This document shows positions 30,003 to 39,667 of a DNA stretch of 64,000 nucleotides, piece after piece; within the stretch, counting starts at the first letter, position 1, and each line of letters starts with the position of its first letter. The notes beneath the pieces are model-generated. The model was not told the origin of the DNA and ran no database searches. It was given only the letters and a program-made list of their open reading frames with translations. Origin of the DNA: a virus. Taxonomy: Duplodnaviria > Caudoviricetes. The position numbers were made by a program, and so were the translations under genes. The stretch spans positions 256,001 through 320,000 of the IMG/VR virus record IMGVR_UViG_3300014205_000170. The stretch is one strand, 5' to 3'.

Positions 30003-30885
30003 TTAAAAATTCTTTAATTTTTTTATACGCAGGTTCATCATAAGAAACCCCAATTTCAATATCATAAAAAATCTTCATATATAATGAATACCTTTTTTTT
30101 GCCCATTCAGCATAAGAATCAGGAACTGAGCCATTCCCATTGTTAACAAAGTTTTGTCCAGAACCAACCCCTGCAAAATGTATGAATTTTTCACCAAAAT
30201 CAAATAAATTATTTAATTCTAAATAACCATTATCCCAACTACCATTTTCATCAGAAGAACCATAAAATTTATTATCAAGATATTTGATTGTACCTTTGTT
30301 ATGTAATACATCGAATGATACTGGGTCAAAGAAATCCATAATTGGATGGTTAAAAGGATTGTAATATCCTACAACCATACGATGTAATGTTGCAAAGTCA
30401 TAATTTGATAATTTACTTAAATCCAAACCAAAAAAACAAGTACCCACAACATCCGGAAGCCCAACTAGGTCATTTCTATTACATTTATTTTTTTCATAAC
30501 TTCTTCTTTGACCTACTAAAGCATAACCAGCTTTAAAACTATCAGTAATATCTGAAATCGATTCTTGCATAAACAAAACATCACTATCAAAATGAATTAC
30601 TTTCGTATAATCACCATATTCTTTTTTAAGAACTTTTGTAAAAATATAAGCAGTACCTAAATGACCATTTTTATAAAGTTCTTTTAATGTATCGTCTGCG
30701 GACAATTCAATAAATTCAACATTCTCCTGAAATTCTCTTAATTCTTTAAAATCTTTATATGTACCAAACACATGAACTTTTTGTCCAGGATGATACTTAA
30801 AAAAACTTTCTAAGGCTTTTTTCAGAATTTTACCACAATTGTATGCAATGGTAAAAACAAATATATCTTTATTATGACTCATCAT
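29989..30885 (-). CDS. GT-A fold glycosyltransferase
   Basis: IHFDSDV DxD motif and FIHFAG. Confidence 0.65.
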   Translation of the reverse strand: MMSHNKDIFVFTIAYNCGKILKKALESFFKYHPGQKVHVFGTYKDFKELREFQENVEFIELSADDTLKELYKNGHLGTAYIFTKVLKKEYGDYTKVIHFDSDVLFMQESISDITDSFKAGYALVGQRRSYEKNKCNRNDLVGLPDVVGTCFFGLDLSKLSNYDFATLHRMVVGYYNPFNHPIMDFFDPVSFDVLHNKGTIKYLDNKFYGSSDENGSWDNGYLELNNLFDFGEKFIHFAGVGSGQNFVNNGNGSVPDSYAEWAKKRYSLYMKIFYDIEIGVSYDEPAYKKIKEFLNEKG

Positions 30886-31632
30886 AAAGTTTTTCTAAAG
30901 TTTTATAAGATTCTTTTGCGCGTAACATACCTTCTATCCTATTAATTTCATCTTGACTTTGCTTTGATTCATTCAAAGGATTTTCTCTATTATAAACATA
31001 AAGAATATCAGGAATATACTTGCTTTATCAACCCCACACATTTCAAGCATCGGCCATTGAAAGCTTAAATCCGGAGCATATGAAACATAATTACCAGTTG
31101 TAGGGTCTTTCATATCTTCTGGATTAATTTTCAAAAACAACTCTCTTCTAAAAGTTCTCAAATGAGAAGCCAACCATGCATGTTGTCTAAACGTTTTATT
31201 TTGTCTAACCTCCAAAGGATATTCATGATAGTGCCATCTTACATCTCTATAAGGATATTCTTCATAAGTACCATATGTCATCCAAACATCGCTTTTTGCA
31301 TACTCTGAATTTATTCTGTGCAAAACCATTTCATGAGGAAACCAATCATCACCATCCAGAGTAATAATTATACTTTTTTCAGGAGACATTTCAGTACCAA
31401 TTCGAATATTTTCACCTTGATATTTCCTTACATCATTTTGAATAACTTTTAAATTCTTATATTTTTCTTCGTAAGATTTAGCCTTTTCGAAAGTACCATC
31501 AGTTGAACAAGCATCAATGAAAATAACCTCAAAATCAGGATAATCTTGAGTTAAAGCGCTTTGTAAACATTTGTCCACATAAACGCCAGCATTTCTTGTA
31601 CTTATAACAATTGATATATGATTATTTTTCAT
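30872..31632 (-). CDS. GT2 glycosyltransferase with an apparent -1 frameshift near 31024
   Basis: IDACSTDGT, LDGDDW, SHLRTFR. The -1 frame continues KYIPDILYVYNRENP, matching LYVYNRNNP of paralogue 37393, to a stop at 30872. Confidence 0.8.
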
Positions 31633-32509
31633 GTAAAATATTTTCTTTCATTGTATCATAAGTTTTTTTCAACCCATCATATAATGAATGTTTTGGTTCC
31701 CAATTCGTTAAAGATTTAATTAACGAAATGTCTGTTTTAAATTTCATAACTCCGGTTACATCTTGATTTAAAGATTTAATCTTTTTACCGGATAACTCTT
31801 CAATAATTTTTACAATATCAGCAATGGAATACATTTCTCCGCTACCCAAATTCAAATGACCCGTAAAATCCGTATCTAAAACTTTTACAATAGCCTCAGC
31901 AGCATCTGTTGCAAAAATAAAATCTCTTGCTGGTTTCAAACTCCATACAGTTGGTTCTTCCTTAGTTAAAACATCATTAATCAATGTTGGAACTAAATCA
32001 GGTCGTATTAAAGAAGTATCGCCATATATATTACTTAATCTAACATTAATTACTGGAACCTTATCTTTATAAAATTCTACTACTTGCTCTGCTAAATATT
32101 TACTGAACAAGTATTCATTTTGATATGGATACACTTCATCACTTTCATTGACTGCTCTTTCTTTTGGTTCATTTCCATAAAGAAGGATACTCGTAAAACA
32201 AACAAACTTCTTAAGCTTACGTGTTTGCATATAATGAAGAGCCTGTTTTAAAGGAATCACATTATAGTCAATACTTTTCATACATTCTGAATTCAATAAA
32301 TGATGATTTGAATTGCCTATTAAAAATATAACCTTATCAAATTCTACATCATCTAATTGTGATAAATCACTCATATCAGATATGTGAATATGTGTATTTT
32401 TAACACCTTCAAAAGGTGATGTTCGTCCAACAGAAATCATATCCGGATACTCACGTAAAAAAACGTTACCTAGAAATCCACTTCCTCCAAATAATAAAGT
32501 TTTTGACAT
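31622..32509 (-). CDS. NAD-dependent sugar epimerase/dehydratase (extended SDR)
   Basis: GGSGFLG, YLFSK (YxxxK), RLSNIYG, RDFIF, NLGSG. Confidence 0.85.
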   Translation of the reverse strand: MSKTLLFGGSGFLGNVFLREYPDMISVGRTSPFEGVKNTHIHISDMSDLSQLDDVEFDKVIFLIGNSNHHLLNSECMKSIDYNVIPLKQALHYMQTRKLKKFVCFTSILLYGNEPKERAVNESDEVYPYQNEYLFSKYLAEQVVEFYKDKVPVINVRLSNIYGDTSLIRPDLVPTLINDVLTKEEPTVWSLKPARDFIFATDAAEAIVKVLDTDFTGHLNLGSGEMYSIADIVKIIEELSGKKIKSLNQDVTGVMKFKTDISLIKSLTNWEPKHSLYDGLKKTYDTMKENILHEK

Positions 32510-33372
32510 TACGATACAAAATGATTTTTAAAATATTTTTCCCACATATAATCTTCTGGAATTACGAATTCTTTAGCTTTTTCAAAGTTTTCTTTGATTG
32601 CATCTAAACTATCAATATAATTTTGTTCTGTAGCTTGTAACAAAATTGGCTCCAATTCACTTATATCATCAAAAGACAAAATACCTTTAGGATTAAAAAA
32701 ATCTGAAATAGATTTACAACCCCAATAAATAGGAATTGTTCCAGTCATTAAACAATCGATTAATTTTTCACTAAATAAAGCATCACAATTATCTTGTTCA
32801 ACAATAATAGAGTATTTAAAATCTTTTAAAGCTTCTATTTTATTTTGAACAAATTGATAACCACCTCCATATAGCCCCTCAATGTGAGTGCCATACTTTT
32901 GAATAATTTCATGTCTCAATCTATGACCGGTAGTAGTATTTTTAGAAGATGCGATAATAGATATGTTTTTACTTTTAGGATAAATAAATCTTTCATTAGG
33001 AAGAATCCAACAACCTCCAAATGCATAAAACTTAAATTTATCAGGATTTAAGTTAATTAAATTTTTGTTAAAAGTCAATATGTAGCTAAACTTATTATAG
33101 TTATCTGGATTCGAAATAAAATCATATGGTTTTTGATTGCTTCCAGGGGCTTCAATAATAAAACCTACCTTAAATTTTTCATCGAATTGGTCAACATATT
33201 CTAGGGTATCCTCTGAAAAAACAATTAAATCTCCTATTTTTTGCGTACCTCTATACCAATCAAAATTAACCGGTGGGATATTTAAATCTCCAGTACCAAA
33301 ACTCTTTCCATGTGCAAATTGATTATCAATTAATTTAATTTGTAAACGATTATTTTCTGTCATTTCACTCAT
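32509..33372 (-). CDS. GT10-like glycosyltransferase (second copy)
   Basis: GHRLRH, FKYSIIVE, FSEKLIDCLMTGTIPIYWG. Confidence 0.8.
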   Translation of the reverse strand: MSEMTENNRLQIKLIDNQFAHGKSFGTGDLNIPPVNFDWYRGTQKIGDLIVFSEDTLEYVDQFDEKFKVGFIIEAPGSNQKPYDFISNPDNYNKFSYILTFNKNLINLNPDKFKFYAFGGCWILPNERFIYPKSKNISIIASSKNTTTGHRLRHEIIQKYGTHIEGLYGGGYQFVQNKIEALKDFKYSIIVEQDNCDALFSEKLIDCLMTGTIPIYWGCKSISDFFNPKGILSFDDISELEPILLQATEQNYIDSLDAIKENFEKAKEFVIPEDYMWEKYFKNHFVS

Positions 33373-34258
33373 AATAAAATTCTTTTAATATTTGTTCTTT
33401 TAATGTAATAATTTCTTTTTTTTCGTCTTCTGTACTGTCTTTAAACACATTATAAATATTGGTCATGTGTTGAATCATTGGATTGTCGTAGTAAGTAGGT
33501 GGATGATTTAAATGAAAGATATCAATTTCAGGATTATCTGATACTTCCATTTTGTGAGTTAAATCCACTTTGCTCCAAAAAAATATATCTTCCGGAGCAT
33601 TAGCTTTAAAAAGTTCTGGGTCATAACCTCCAACTTTGAAGAATAAATCTTTTTCTATAAAGATTGAACCTCCTGGTGCACCAATAAATTGAGGTAAATT
33701 AATGCCTTCTGTGCCTAATTTAAATGAATCAATATTGATAGCACCTTGAATAACTTTATCTGTTAAATCTTGATTTAAATATAATACTCTACGACCATGA
33801 AAACATTGAATAGCTTTACAATTTTTAGTAGCAATATTTTGAAACAATTTCTCAAAAAAATCGCTTTGTATCAAACAATCAATATCATGAAACAAAAAAT
33901 ATTTAGATTTAACTGTAAATAAAGCGCCAACATTAAGACATAAGCATTTGTTAAATAATTCATTCTTCTCTGATTGAATCCAGACATAATTAATTTTATG
34001 ATTCTTACAAAATTTAGAATGTTCCGGTATGTCAGAGAATTCAACAATAGTATAAGCAATCTTTAAATTAGATTTTTCTTTTGCTTTTAAAAAACTATTA
34101 TACATAGGGGCGGCAAAATTCATCCTTCCCCTAACAGGAATAATGAAATTCACATCAAACAATGTATCTTCATTATATAATACTGAAACATTGTTGTTTA
34201 TTACTTTTTTATAATCAACACTATTTCTAGATAATTCCTTTTTTATAAAATCAATCAT
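33365..34258 (-). CDS. GT2/GT7-like glycosyltransferase
   Basis: FIIPVRGR, FNKCLCLNVG, FHDID, GGYDPELF...PED. Confidence 0.8.
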   Translation of the reverse strand: MIDFIKKELSRNSVDYKKVINNNVSVLYNEDTLFDVNFIIPVRGRMNFAAPMYNSFLKAKEKSNLKIAYTIVEFSDIPEHSKFCKNHKINYVWIQSEKNELFNKCLCLNVGALFTVKSKYFLFHDIDCLIQSDFFEKLFQNIATKNCKAIQCFHGRRVLYLNQDLTDKVIQGAINIDSFKLGTEGINLPQFIGAPGGSIFIEKDLFFKVGGYDPELFKANAPEDIFFWSKVDLTHKMEVSDNPEIDIFHLNHPPTYYDNPMIQHMTNIYNVFKDSTEDEKKEIITLKEQILKEFYYE

Positions 34259-34276
34259 ATAATAATTTAAATTACT

Positions 34277-34801
34277 TTAATCGTTTTCACCATATTTTTT
34301 AATGAGCCATTCTGAAATAAAACCTTTATATTTTTGTCTATTTTCTAATGGTAAATTTTTATACGACCCTATTTTTTTTCTACAATTCTCAGCTCCACAA
34401 TTACAATTTAAAACCCAATAGTAAAACGAATCTGGATTTTCAGTATCATTATCCTCGCTCATTTCATAATCCCAAGTTATTTCTTCATCAACTTCAATAT
34501 CTCTCATTGCTACTATTTGAAATAAATTTTTAATCCCGCAATTAGGTTCACACGAATGATTTAAATAAATTGCAAGATTGGTAGCGTATTTCCACTTACC
34601 ATCTTCAAATTGAATACAATGGTCATTTAAATGTTCAGTCCAATCTTTTTGTCCATTTGCCGGAACATTACTTACCACATTTTCATCTGTATATATAGAG
34701 CCTTCAAATTCACTTATGATTTCTCCAGCATTTATTTTGCTTTTGGCAAAAACACCTTTGCCAAATTTAGATTCTCTTAATTCAACTTTTAAATTATCCA
34801 T
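34277..34801 (-). CDS. SET-domain lysine methyltransferase with post-SET Zn motif
   Basis: GKGVFA, YLNHSCEPN, AMRDI..EEITWDY, CNCGAENCR. Confidence 0.9.
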   Translation of the reverse strand: MDNLKVELRESKFGKGVFAKSKINAGEIISEFEGSIYTDENVVSNVPANGQKDWTEHLNDHCIQFEDGKWKYATNLAIYLNHSCEPNCGIKNLFQIVAMRDIEVDEEITWDYEMSEDNDTENPDSFYYWVLNCNCGAENCRKKIGSYKNLPLENRQKYKGFISEWLIKKYGEND

Positions 34802-35124
34802 TATATTCGTTTCTCTGTTATTACATTTCTACTTTCCGCTTCTGCATTAAAGTAAGAAGAAATTCTATCTAATTTTTTATCAATAAATTTTATTCTATCT
34901 AAAAAATGTTTTTGTTGTTTTTCAGTTGTTAAAATAGTTGGGACATTTAAACATTCTACTTTTGTGGGCATATCTCTTACGGGTACAAAAATACTTAATA
35001 CTTGGTCTTCATCCCCATCTTTTAATTGAGCTTCTTTTTTAACACGTCTTATATAATTTCCAACGTCTTCTTGGCTCATATTTCCAACATTCATATAAAA
35101 AACAAGTATAGTTTTGTCCAACAT
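34801..35124 (-). CDS. Stand-alone portal clip-domain homologue with SRNVITEK tag
   Basis: VFYMNVGNMSQEDV...FVPVRDMPTKVECL aligns by eye with this phage's portal VYFIEVGNIDPADV...FLPVRGDKSSRIETL. Confidence 0.7.
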   Translation of the reverse strand: MLDKTILVFYMNVGNMSQEDVGNYIRRVKKEAQLKDGDEDQVLSIFVPVRDMPTKVECLNVPTILTTEKQQKHFLDRIKFIDKKLDRISSYFNAEAESRNVITEKRI

Positions 35125-35135
35125 TTTAAATCGTA

Positions 35136-35939
35136 TTATTTTTCTTGTTGTGTTTCTTCTTCTTTTTTAACCTCTCTACTAGGCTTAGAAATATGTGCCC
35201 AACATCCATCAACATTTTCAAAACTCATTTCTGATAATTCAATTGGCTTATCATTTAGGTACATTTCGTTGATTTGTTTTTGGTCAGGCCCAGCAATATC
35301 TTTCACGATAACATTATTTGTAAACGAATACATTATGTTCTTCGGAAAAAATTCAAACACTTCTGCCATTTTTTCTTCCAATTCATCAAAATTATTAAAA
35401 GATACTTGTTTTAATAATTTCATAAATTCTTTTGTTCTAAAAATATGACCTTCAGTAGAAAAAGGGAATCCATAATCTAAATAATGCTTTAACCAATCCC
35501 ACTTCATAATTTTATCATCCATAAGAAATGTTTCACCAAATAAAGTATTATTAGTATTCATATTTCTACATACTTTTGTATTTTTTCCTAATCGTAAAGA
35601 AAAACAAAACGCATCTTGGTCTGCATTTAAAATATCAGGGATTGCTGCAAAATTCTCTGGCGAATATAAAATATCATCATCTCTTAAAAACATACTGAAT
35701 TGAGCATTACTTTGAAATAACCTTAAAATACCTTCTTTAAAATTAGAATATCCTGTCCAATTAATATTTAAATCTGAAAATTCTTCTTTTACTTTTTCAT
35801 ATAAAGGTTCAAAATCAGAATTGGCAGAACGATGCATTACATTCAAATTGAATGAGTTTAAAGAATTTTTTCTAATGCTTTGTAGTAAAATCCTTAATCT
35901 CGCTGGATTATTTTCACTTAAAATTACTGTGTTTATCAT
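35136..35939 (-). CDS. GT-A fold glycosyltransferase-like protein
   Basis: FLRDDDIL, FSLRLG, DYGFPFSTEGHIFR. Confidence 0.6.
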   Translation of the reverse strand: MINTVILSENNPARLRILLQSIRKNSLNSFNLNVMHRSANSDFEPLYEKVKEEFSDLNINWTGYSNFKEGILRLFQSNAQFSMFLRDDDILYSPENFAAIPDILNADQDAFCFSLRLGKNTKVCRNMNTNNTLFGETFLMDDKIMKWDWLKHYLDYGFPFSTEGHIFRTKEFMKLLKQVSFNNFDELEEKMAEVFEFFPKNIMYSFTNNVIVKDIAGPDQKQINEMYLNDKPIELSEMSFENVDGCWAHISKPSREVKKEEETQQEK

Positions 35940-35959
35940 ATTGTTTTTTTATATTAATA

Positions 35960-36424
35960 TTACTTATCCAAAATCATATCAAAAGAGATAATATTATGAA
36001 ATTGCACTACATCATTTTCAATAGTTCCTGTTGCTCTCAACGAAGTCCTAATTAAGTTATTCAAATATAATTCATGAATAAATTGAGACTTATCAGTATT
36101 TAAAAATTGAATTGTGCCATACACAACTTTATCTTGAATATATATATTCTTTATTATGTGAGTACTATTTTTAAGGTCAACAACAGTTCCGCTACCACCC
36201 TGTAATTCTTGTGCACCAAAAAATTCTCCCAACAAAAAGTCTGTTGATGTGTTTTTTATACAATCTTCTAATGAAATCCAATTAACTTCTCCATAACCCC
36301 AATAAGGAGATTTAAAATCTGTTAAAAAAACATTTTTAAAAACATTATTGTATTTTTCAAATAAAACTTTTCTATTACCCAAATGCCTATCAACATTTAA
36401 AGTAGTGATTGGAAACATTCCCAT
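35960..36424 (-). CDS. Degenerate prohead-protease (gp21-like) paralogue with NRKVLFEK tag
   Basis: LGEFFGA (vs LGELxHP), VDLKNSTHII, VYGTIQFLNT, SLRATG (vs SSRGxG), ISFDMI. Confidence 0.7.
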   Translation of the reverse strand: MGMFPITTLNVDRHLGNRKVLFEKYNNVFKNVFLTDFKSPYWGYGEVNWISLEDCIKNTSTDFLLGEFFGAQELQGGSGTVVDLKNSTHIIKNIYIQDKVVYGTIQFLNTDKSQFIHELYLNNLIRTSLRATGTIENDVVQFHNIISFDMILDK

Positions 36425-36762
36425 TATAATTCCTCCCTCTCAATCCATTTCCAACCCAAAAAGAAAGCAATTGCAAATCTGTTAAATCTAGTTGGTCTTT
36501 TATTTGACATTAATAAAAGTTGTTTATTTCCACCAGTAACATCATATCCACCTTTGGTATCTTGTGTTTTATTTAAAACGACTCTATCTTGAGTAACCAT
36601 TATTCCACAATTTTGATTAACATTGTTTTGAACAGCAAAAAATACATGATTTGCAACAATGGGATTTGGATTATATTTTTCAAATAATACAATGTTTTTA
36701 CGCTTATTTTTAAGCATCTTTCTTGAAACTTCAAATTTCCTTTTTAAAATCTTGAAAATCAT
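36424..36762 (-). CDS. Hypothetical protein with KNIVLFEK tag
   Basis: 112 aa; C-terminal KRPTRFNRF..FFLGWKW. Confidence 0.6.
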   Translation of the reverse strand: MIFKILKRKFEVSRKMLKNKRKNIVLFEKYNPNPIVANHVFFAVQNNVNQNCGIMVTQDRVVLNKTQDTKGGYDVTGGNKQLLLMSNKRPTRFNRFAIAFFLGWKWIEREEL

Positions 36763-37484
36763 TTTTTTAGTTTTTTATATTTCCAAACAAAATTGTTGGA
36801 AGTTTTTAATATACCGCGACAAGCTCTTGAGATACCTGTTGGATTTATATTTAAACCTCTACCCGCTTCTCTAATGCTATTCCACTCTTTTATTAATATT
36901 TTATTTAAATCATATTGCAAAATTGGTTTAGATTTTATTTTTATATTATAATTTGACAAATCCTTTCTAATATTTCCTCGATTAACACTCTTTCCTGTAA
37001 TTGCATTTTTGTGTAATTGTCGCCATTTTTTTTCTCTTCTACATGCTTCTTCTGCTCCATATTTCTCATTCCAAATTTTTAATATCATTGCAACAGAGGG
37101 AGCATTTGCCTTTTTATTGATATTGTACCCATGTTGACTAGAATAAGATTGTTTATAGTTAAGCCAATAATCTTCTCTATTCAACAATAAATTTTCAGAT
37201 ACTGTTTCTAATATTTGAAATTCAAATACTTCTGACCCATATTTATTCCAAGCACGTTGAAGTTTATAATTATTGTGTTTATTTTTAATAAGGGCACGTT
37301 TATGCTGTTTAAATCTCTTGTACATATCATTTGAACTGCCAATATATAATTTTTGACTTAACACATTTATGATAGCATAAATTCCCACTATTTTATTTGT
37401 AACTTTCAATTGTATTAAACTTATTTTTTTTAGTAATTGCTTCATGGCAACTCCATTGTAAATTTTGGTCAACTTTATCATCAC
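36759..37484 (-). mobile_element. Free-standing GIY-YIG homing endonuclease with C-terminal NUMOD1-type HTH
   Basis: GIYAIIN..KLYIGSS..KRF..H, LQRAWNKYG..FEFQILE, KPILQYDL..EWNSIREAGR; real start may be GTG at 37388. Confidence 0.85.
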
Positions 37485-38241
37485 TTATAGGATTGTTCCT
37501 ATTATATACATATAAAGCTTTGTCATTATGTTTAGTTTTTTCAAATCCAGCTATTTCTAACAAAGGTAAGAACATACAAACATCATATGCTGATTTATAC
37601 CATTCTCCAGTTGCATCTTTAAAACAATTAAAATCTGGGTCTTGTTTACCAATTTCATGATAAATTCCAGCTCTAAATGTTCTTATATGAGATACTTTAA
37701 ATGGTACTTTTCTTAAGCGCGGAAACTCTTCTTTAGTATATGGTGCTGAACAACACTTTCTTCCATCAGTCCACTTTGAACTTCCGTACATTATCCAACA
37801 ATCATGTTCATTATAATACTCATTGATATATGAAAGTGCATTTTTATTTAATAACCAATCGTCTCCATCTAAAATAACTACAATATCATCAGGGTCAGTA
37901 CAAAAATTCATTACTCCATTATGAATATTGGCAAGTGCTGTATTTCTTTGACTAGAACGCCAAGCCAGTACATTACTACATTTAGTAATTTCCAATAAAG
38001 GATGTTTTTCTATAATAACAGGTTTTCCTTCCTCATCCAATTCTGGAGTTCCATCAGCCTTAGTTTTAAATTTACAATCCGGTATTTTACTATAAGACCC
38101 ATCAGTTGAACAATCATCTATAAACAAAACCTCGTAATTTTCATAATTCTGTGTTAATATAGAATTAATGCACATATCCAAAAATTCGCCTGGATTATAG
38201 AAAGGTACAACAATTTTGATTTTATTTAACTTCTTTTCCAT
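37393..38241 (-). CDS. GT2 glycosyltransferase
   Basis: IVVPFYN, IDDCSTDGS, LDGDDW, SHIRTFR, LYVYN. Confidence 0.9.
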   Translation of the reverse strand: MEKKLNKIKIVVPFYNPGEFLDMCINSILTQNYENYEVLFIDDCSTDGSYSKIPDCKFKTKADGTPELDEEGKPVIIEKHPLLEITKCSNVLAWRSSQRNTALANIHNGVMNFCTDPDDIVVILDGDDWLLNKNALSYINEYYNEHDCWIMYGSSKWTDGRKCCSAPYTKEEFPRLRKVPFKVSHIRTFRAGIYHEIGKQDPDFNCFKDATGEWYKSAYDVCMFLPLLEIAGFEKTKHNDKALYVYNRNNPISDDKVDQNLQWSCHEAITKKNKFNTIESYK

Positions 38242-38346
38242 TTTCGTATTCTATTTTAAACAAAAATATCCTATTTATATATCAAAGTCAAGTTGAAAAA
38301 GGAATATTAAATTTTCCTTCATATTTAATTAAAAGTGTTTAAAAAA

Positions 38347-38769
38347 ATGGCTAAAAATAAAATATCTAAAGACAATGTTCTTCAACTAATAAAAGAAGAA
38401 GCTTACATTTTAACCAGAAAAAATGAACTTTTCAAAGAAATTCAAAAAATCGAAGAGGAATTAAAAAACATCAACGAATGTATGGGTATGGCAGGACAAG
38501 GTCTTGTAGGAACTTTCGGTTTTAATAGCCCAACTGATGGTGGAAACAAAAATCATACTGGATTTGTAAATCCAATGAGTATTTCTCATATCGAGCAACT
38601 TGCTAAAGATATGGGTATGGAAAATCCATATAACGATAAAAACAGTGTTGGTTTTGGTGACGAAATTAACCCTGCTCAAAAAGAAGATTCAGCAGCTATT
38701 CAGCAAGAAAATGAACTTCTAAGAAAAGAATTAGGCGAACTTAAAGCTTTGCTTGGTAAAAACAAATAA
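38347..38769 (+). CDS. Head core/scaffold-like acidic coiled-coil protein
   Basis: MAKNKISKDNVLQLIKEEA; N-terminus is paralogous to 38795. Confidence 0.55.
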   Translation: MAKNKISKDNVLQLIKEEAYILTRKNELFKEIQKIEEELKNINECMGMAGQGLVGTFGFNSPTDGGNKNHTGFVNPMSISHIEQLAKDMGMENPYNDKNSVGFGDEINPAQKEDSAAIQQENELLRKELGELKALLGKNK

Positions 38770-38794
38770 ACAAACAACTATAAAAAAATAAAAA

Positions 38795-39526
38795 ATGGGA
38801 AAAATCACTATCACAAAATCAGAACTTAGTAGAATTATCAAAGAAGAAGCTTTGAAATTCAAAAAAGCAATTACGCTTAAAGGCGAGCTTGATAAAATCA
38901 ATAGCGAACTTAAAAAGCTTAATGAAAATGAAGAAATTAGCGAAGTAACAGCTGGTTCAGAAATGAATGCAACCGAAAACGGTGGAGTTCATGCTGGACA
39001 AAGAAAGCCTAACTTTAGCACAAAAAATGGCAATCCAAGCCTTAAAATGGAAGATGAAGAAGAAATCACAGATGTTGAAGCAGATGTAGAAACTGATGCT
39101 GACATGGATGTTGATTCTGACACAGTAAGTAAAGCAGATTTAGTTAAAGCACTTGATGACCTTAAAATGGCATTAGGTTTAATTGAAGGGCCTGCTGATG
39201 ATATGTCTCCAGAAGAAGCTCCAATTGAAGGTGGTGATGATTTAGAAAATGACGAACCGGCTAATGAAGAAGGTGATGAAATTTTCGAATTTGACACAGA
39301 AAGCTCTAAAAAAGAAGAAGGAGCTCCAAAAATGGAAGAATGTGGTATTAAAGAAAACCTTGACGAACCTATCGAAGGGGAGAGTGTTGTTCAAAATGCA
39401 ACAGAAGACAAAGTTAACGATAATATGAAAAAAGATACTCATGTTAGCGAAAACACCGAAGTTAATTCTTTGATGGAGTCTGAAAAGAAGAGAATGGCTC
39501 AACTTGCAGGTATTGTTAAAGGCTAA
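38795..39526 (+). CDS. Head core/scaffold-like highly acidic protein
   Basis: ITKSELSRIIKEE N-terminus, D/E-rich body, RMAQLAGI C-terminus. Confidence 0.6.
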   Translation: MGKITITKSELSRIIKEEALKFKKAITLKGELDKINSELKKLNENEEISEVTAGSEMNATENGGVHAGQRKPNFSTKNGNPSLKMEDEEEITDVEADVETDADMDVDSDTVSKADLVKALDDLKMALGLIEGPADDMSPEEAPIEGGDDLENDEPANEEGDEIFEFDTESSKKEEGAPKMEECGIKENLDEPIEGESVVQNATEDKVNDNMKKDTHVSENTEVNSLMESEKKRMAQLAGIVKG

Positions 39527-39551
39527 TTTTTTAAAAAATAAAGTTGTTTGT

Positions 39552-39589
39552 AAAAAAACTCCGGTAAAAAACATCCGGGGTTTTTTTTT
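39552..39589 (+). terminator. Rho-independent terminator
   Basis: AAAAAACTCCGG...CCGGGGTTTTTTTTT downstream of 39526. Confidence 0.75.
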
Positions 39590-39667
39590 AAAAAAAAATT
39601 TTTATCAAAAGTACAATTATAGATTTCAAAACACTATTTATAACAAAACAAATTTAAAACCAAAACG

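Noticed and set aside
30973-31000. FMFIIEK at the end of the ORF-track GT2 translation as another tag copy
   Set aside because: It lies in the out-of-frame tail created by the frameshift. It also shows that partial matches can arise by chance in AT-rich DNA.
35026-35448. Antisense ORFs in the track (for example 35026..35448, 38989..39297, 50102..50449, 52753..52938)
   Set aside because: They are shadows of well-supported genes on the opposite strand and have no recognisable motifs.
37990-38030. KPVIIEK in an inserted loop of GT2 37393, and KRFILLER in the PcfJ protein
   Set aside because: Single matches inside larger proteins that could be chance; not counted among the 19 tagged ORFs.
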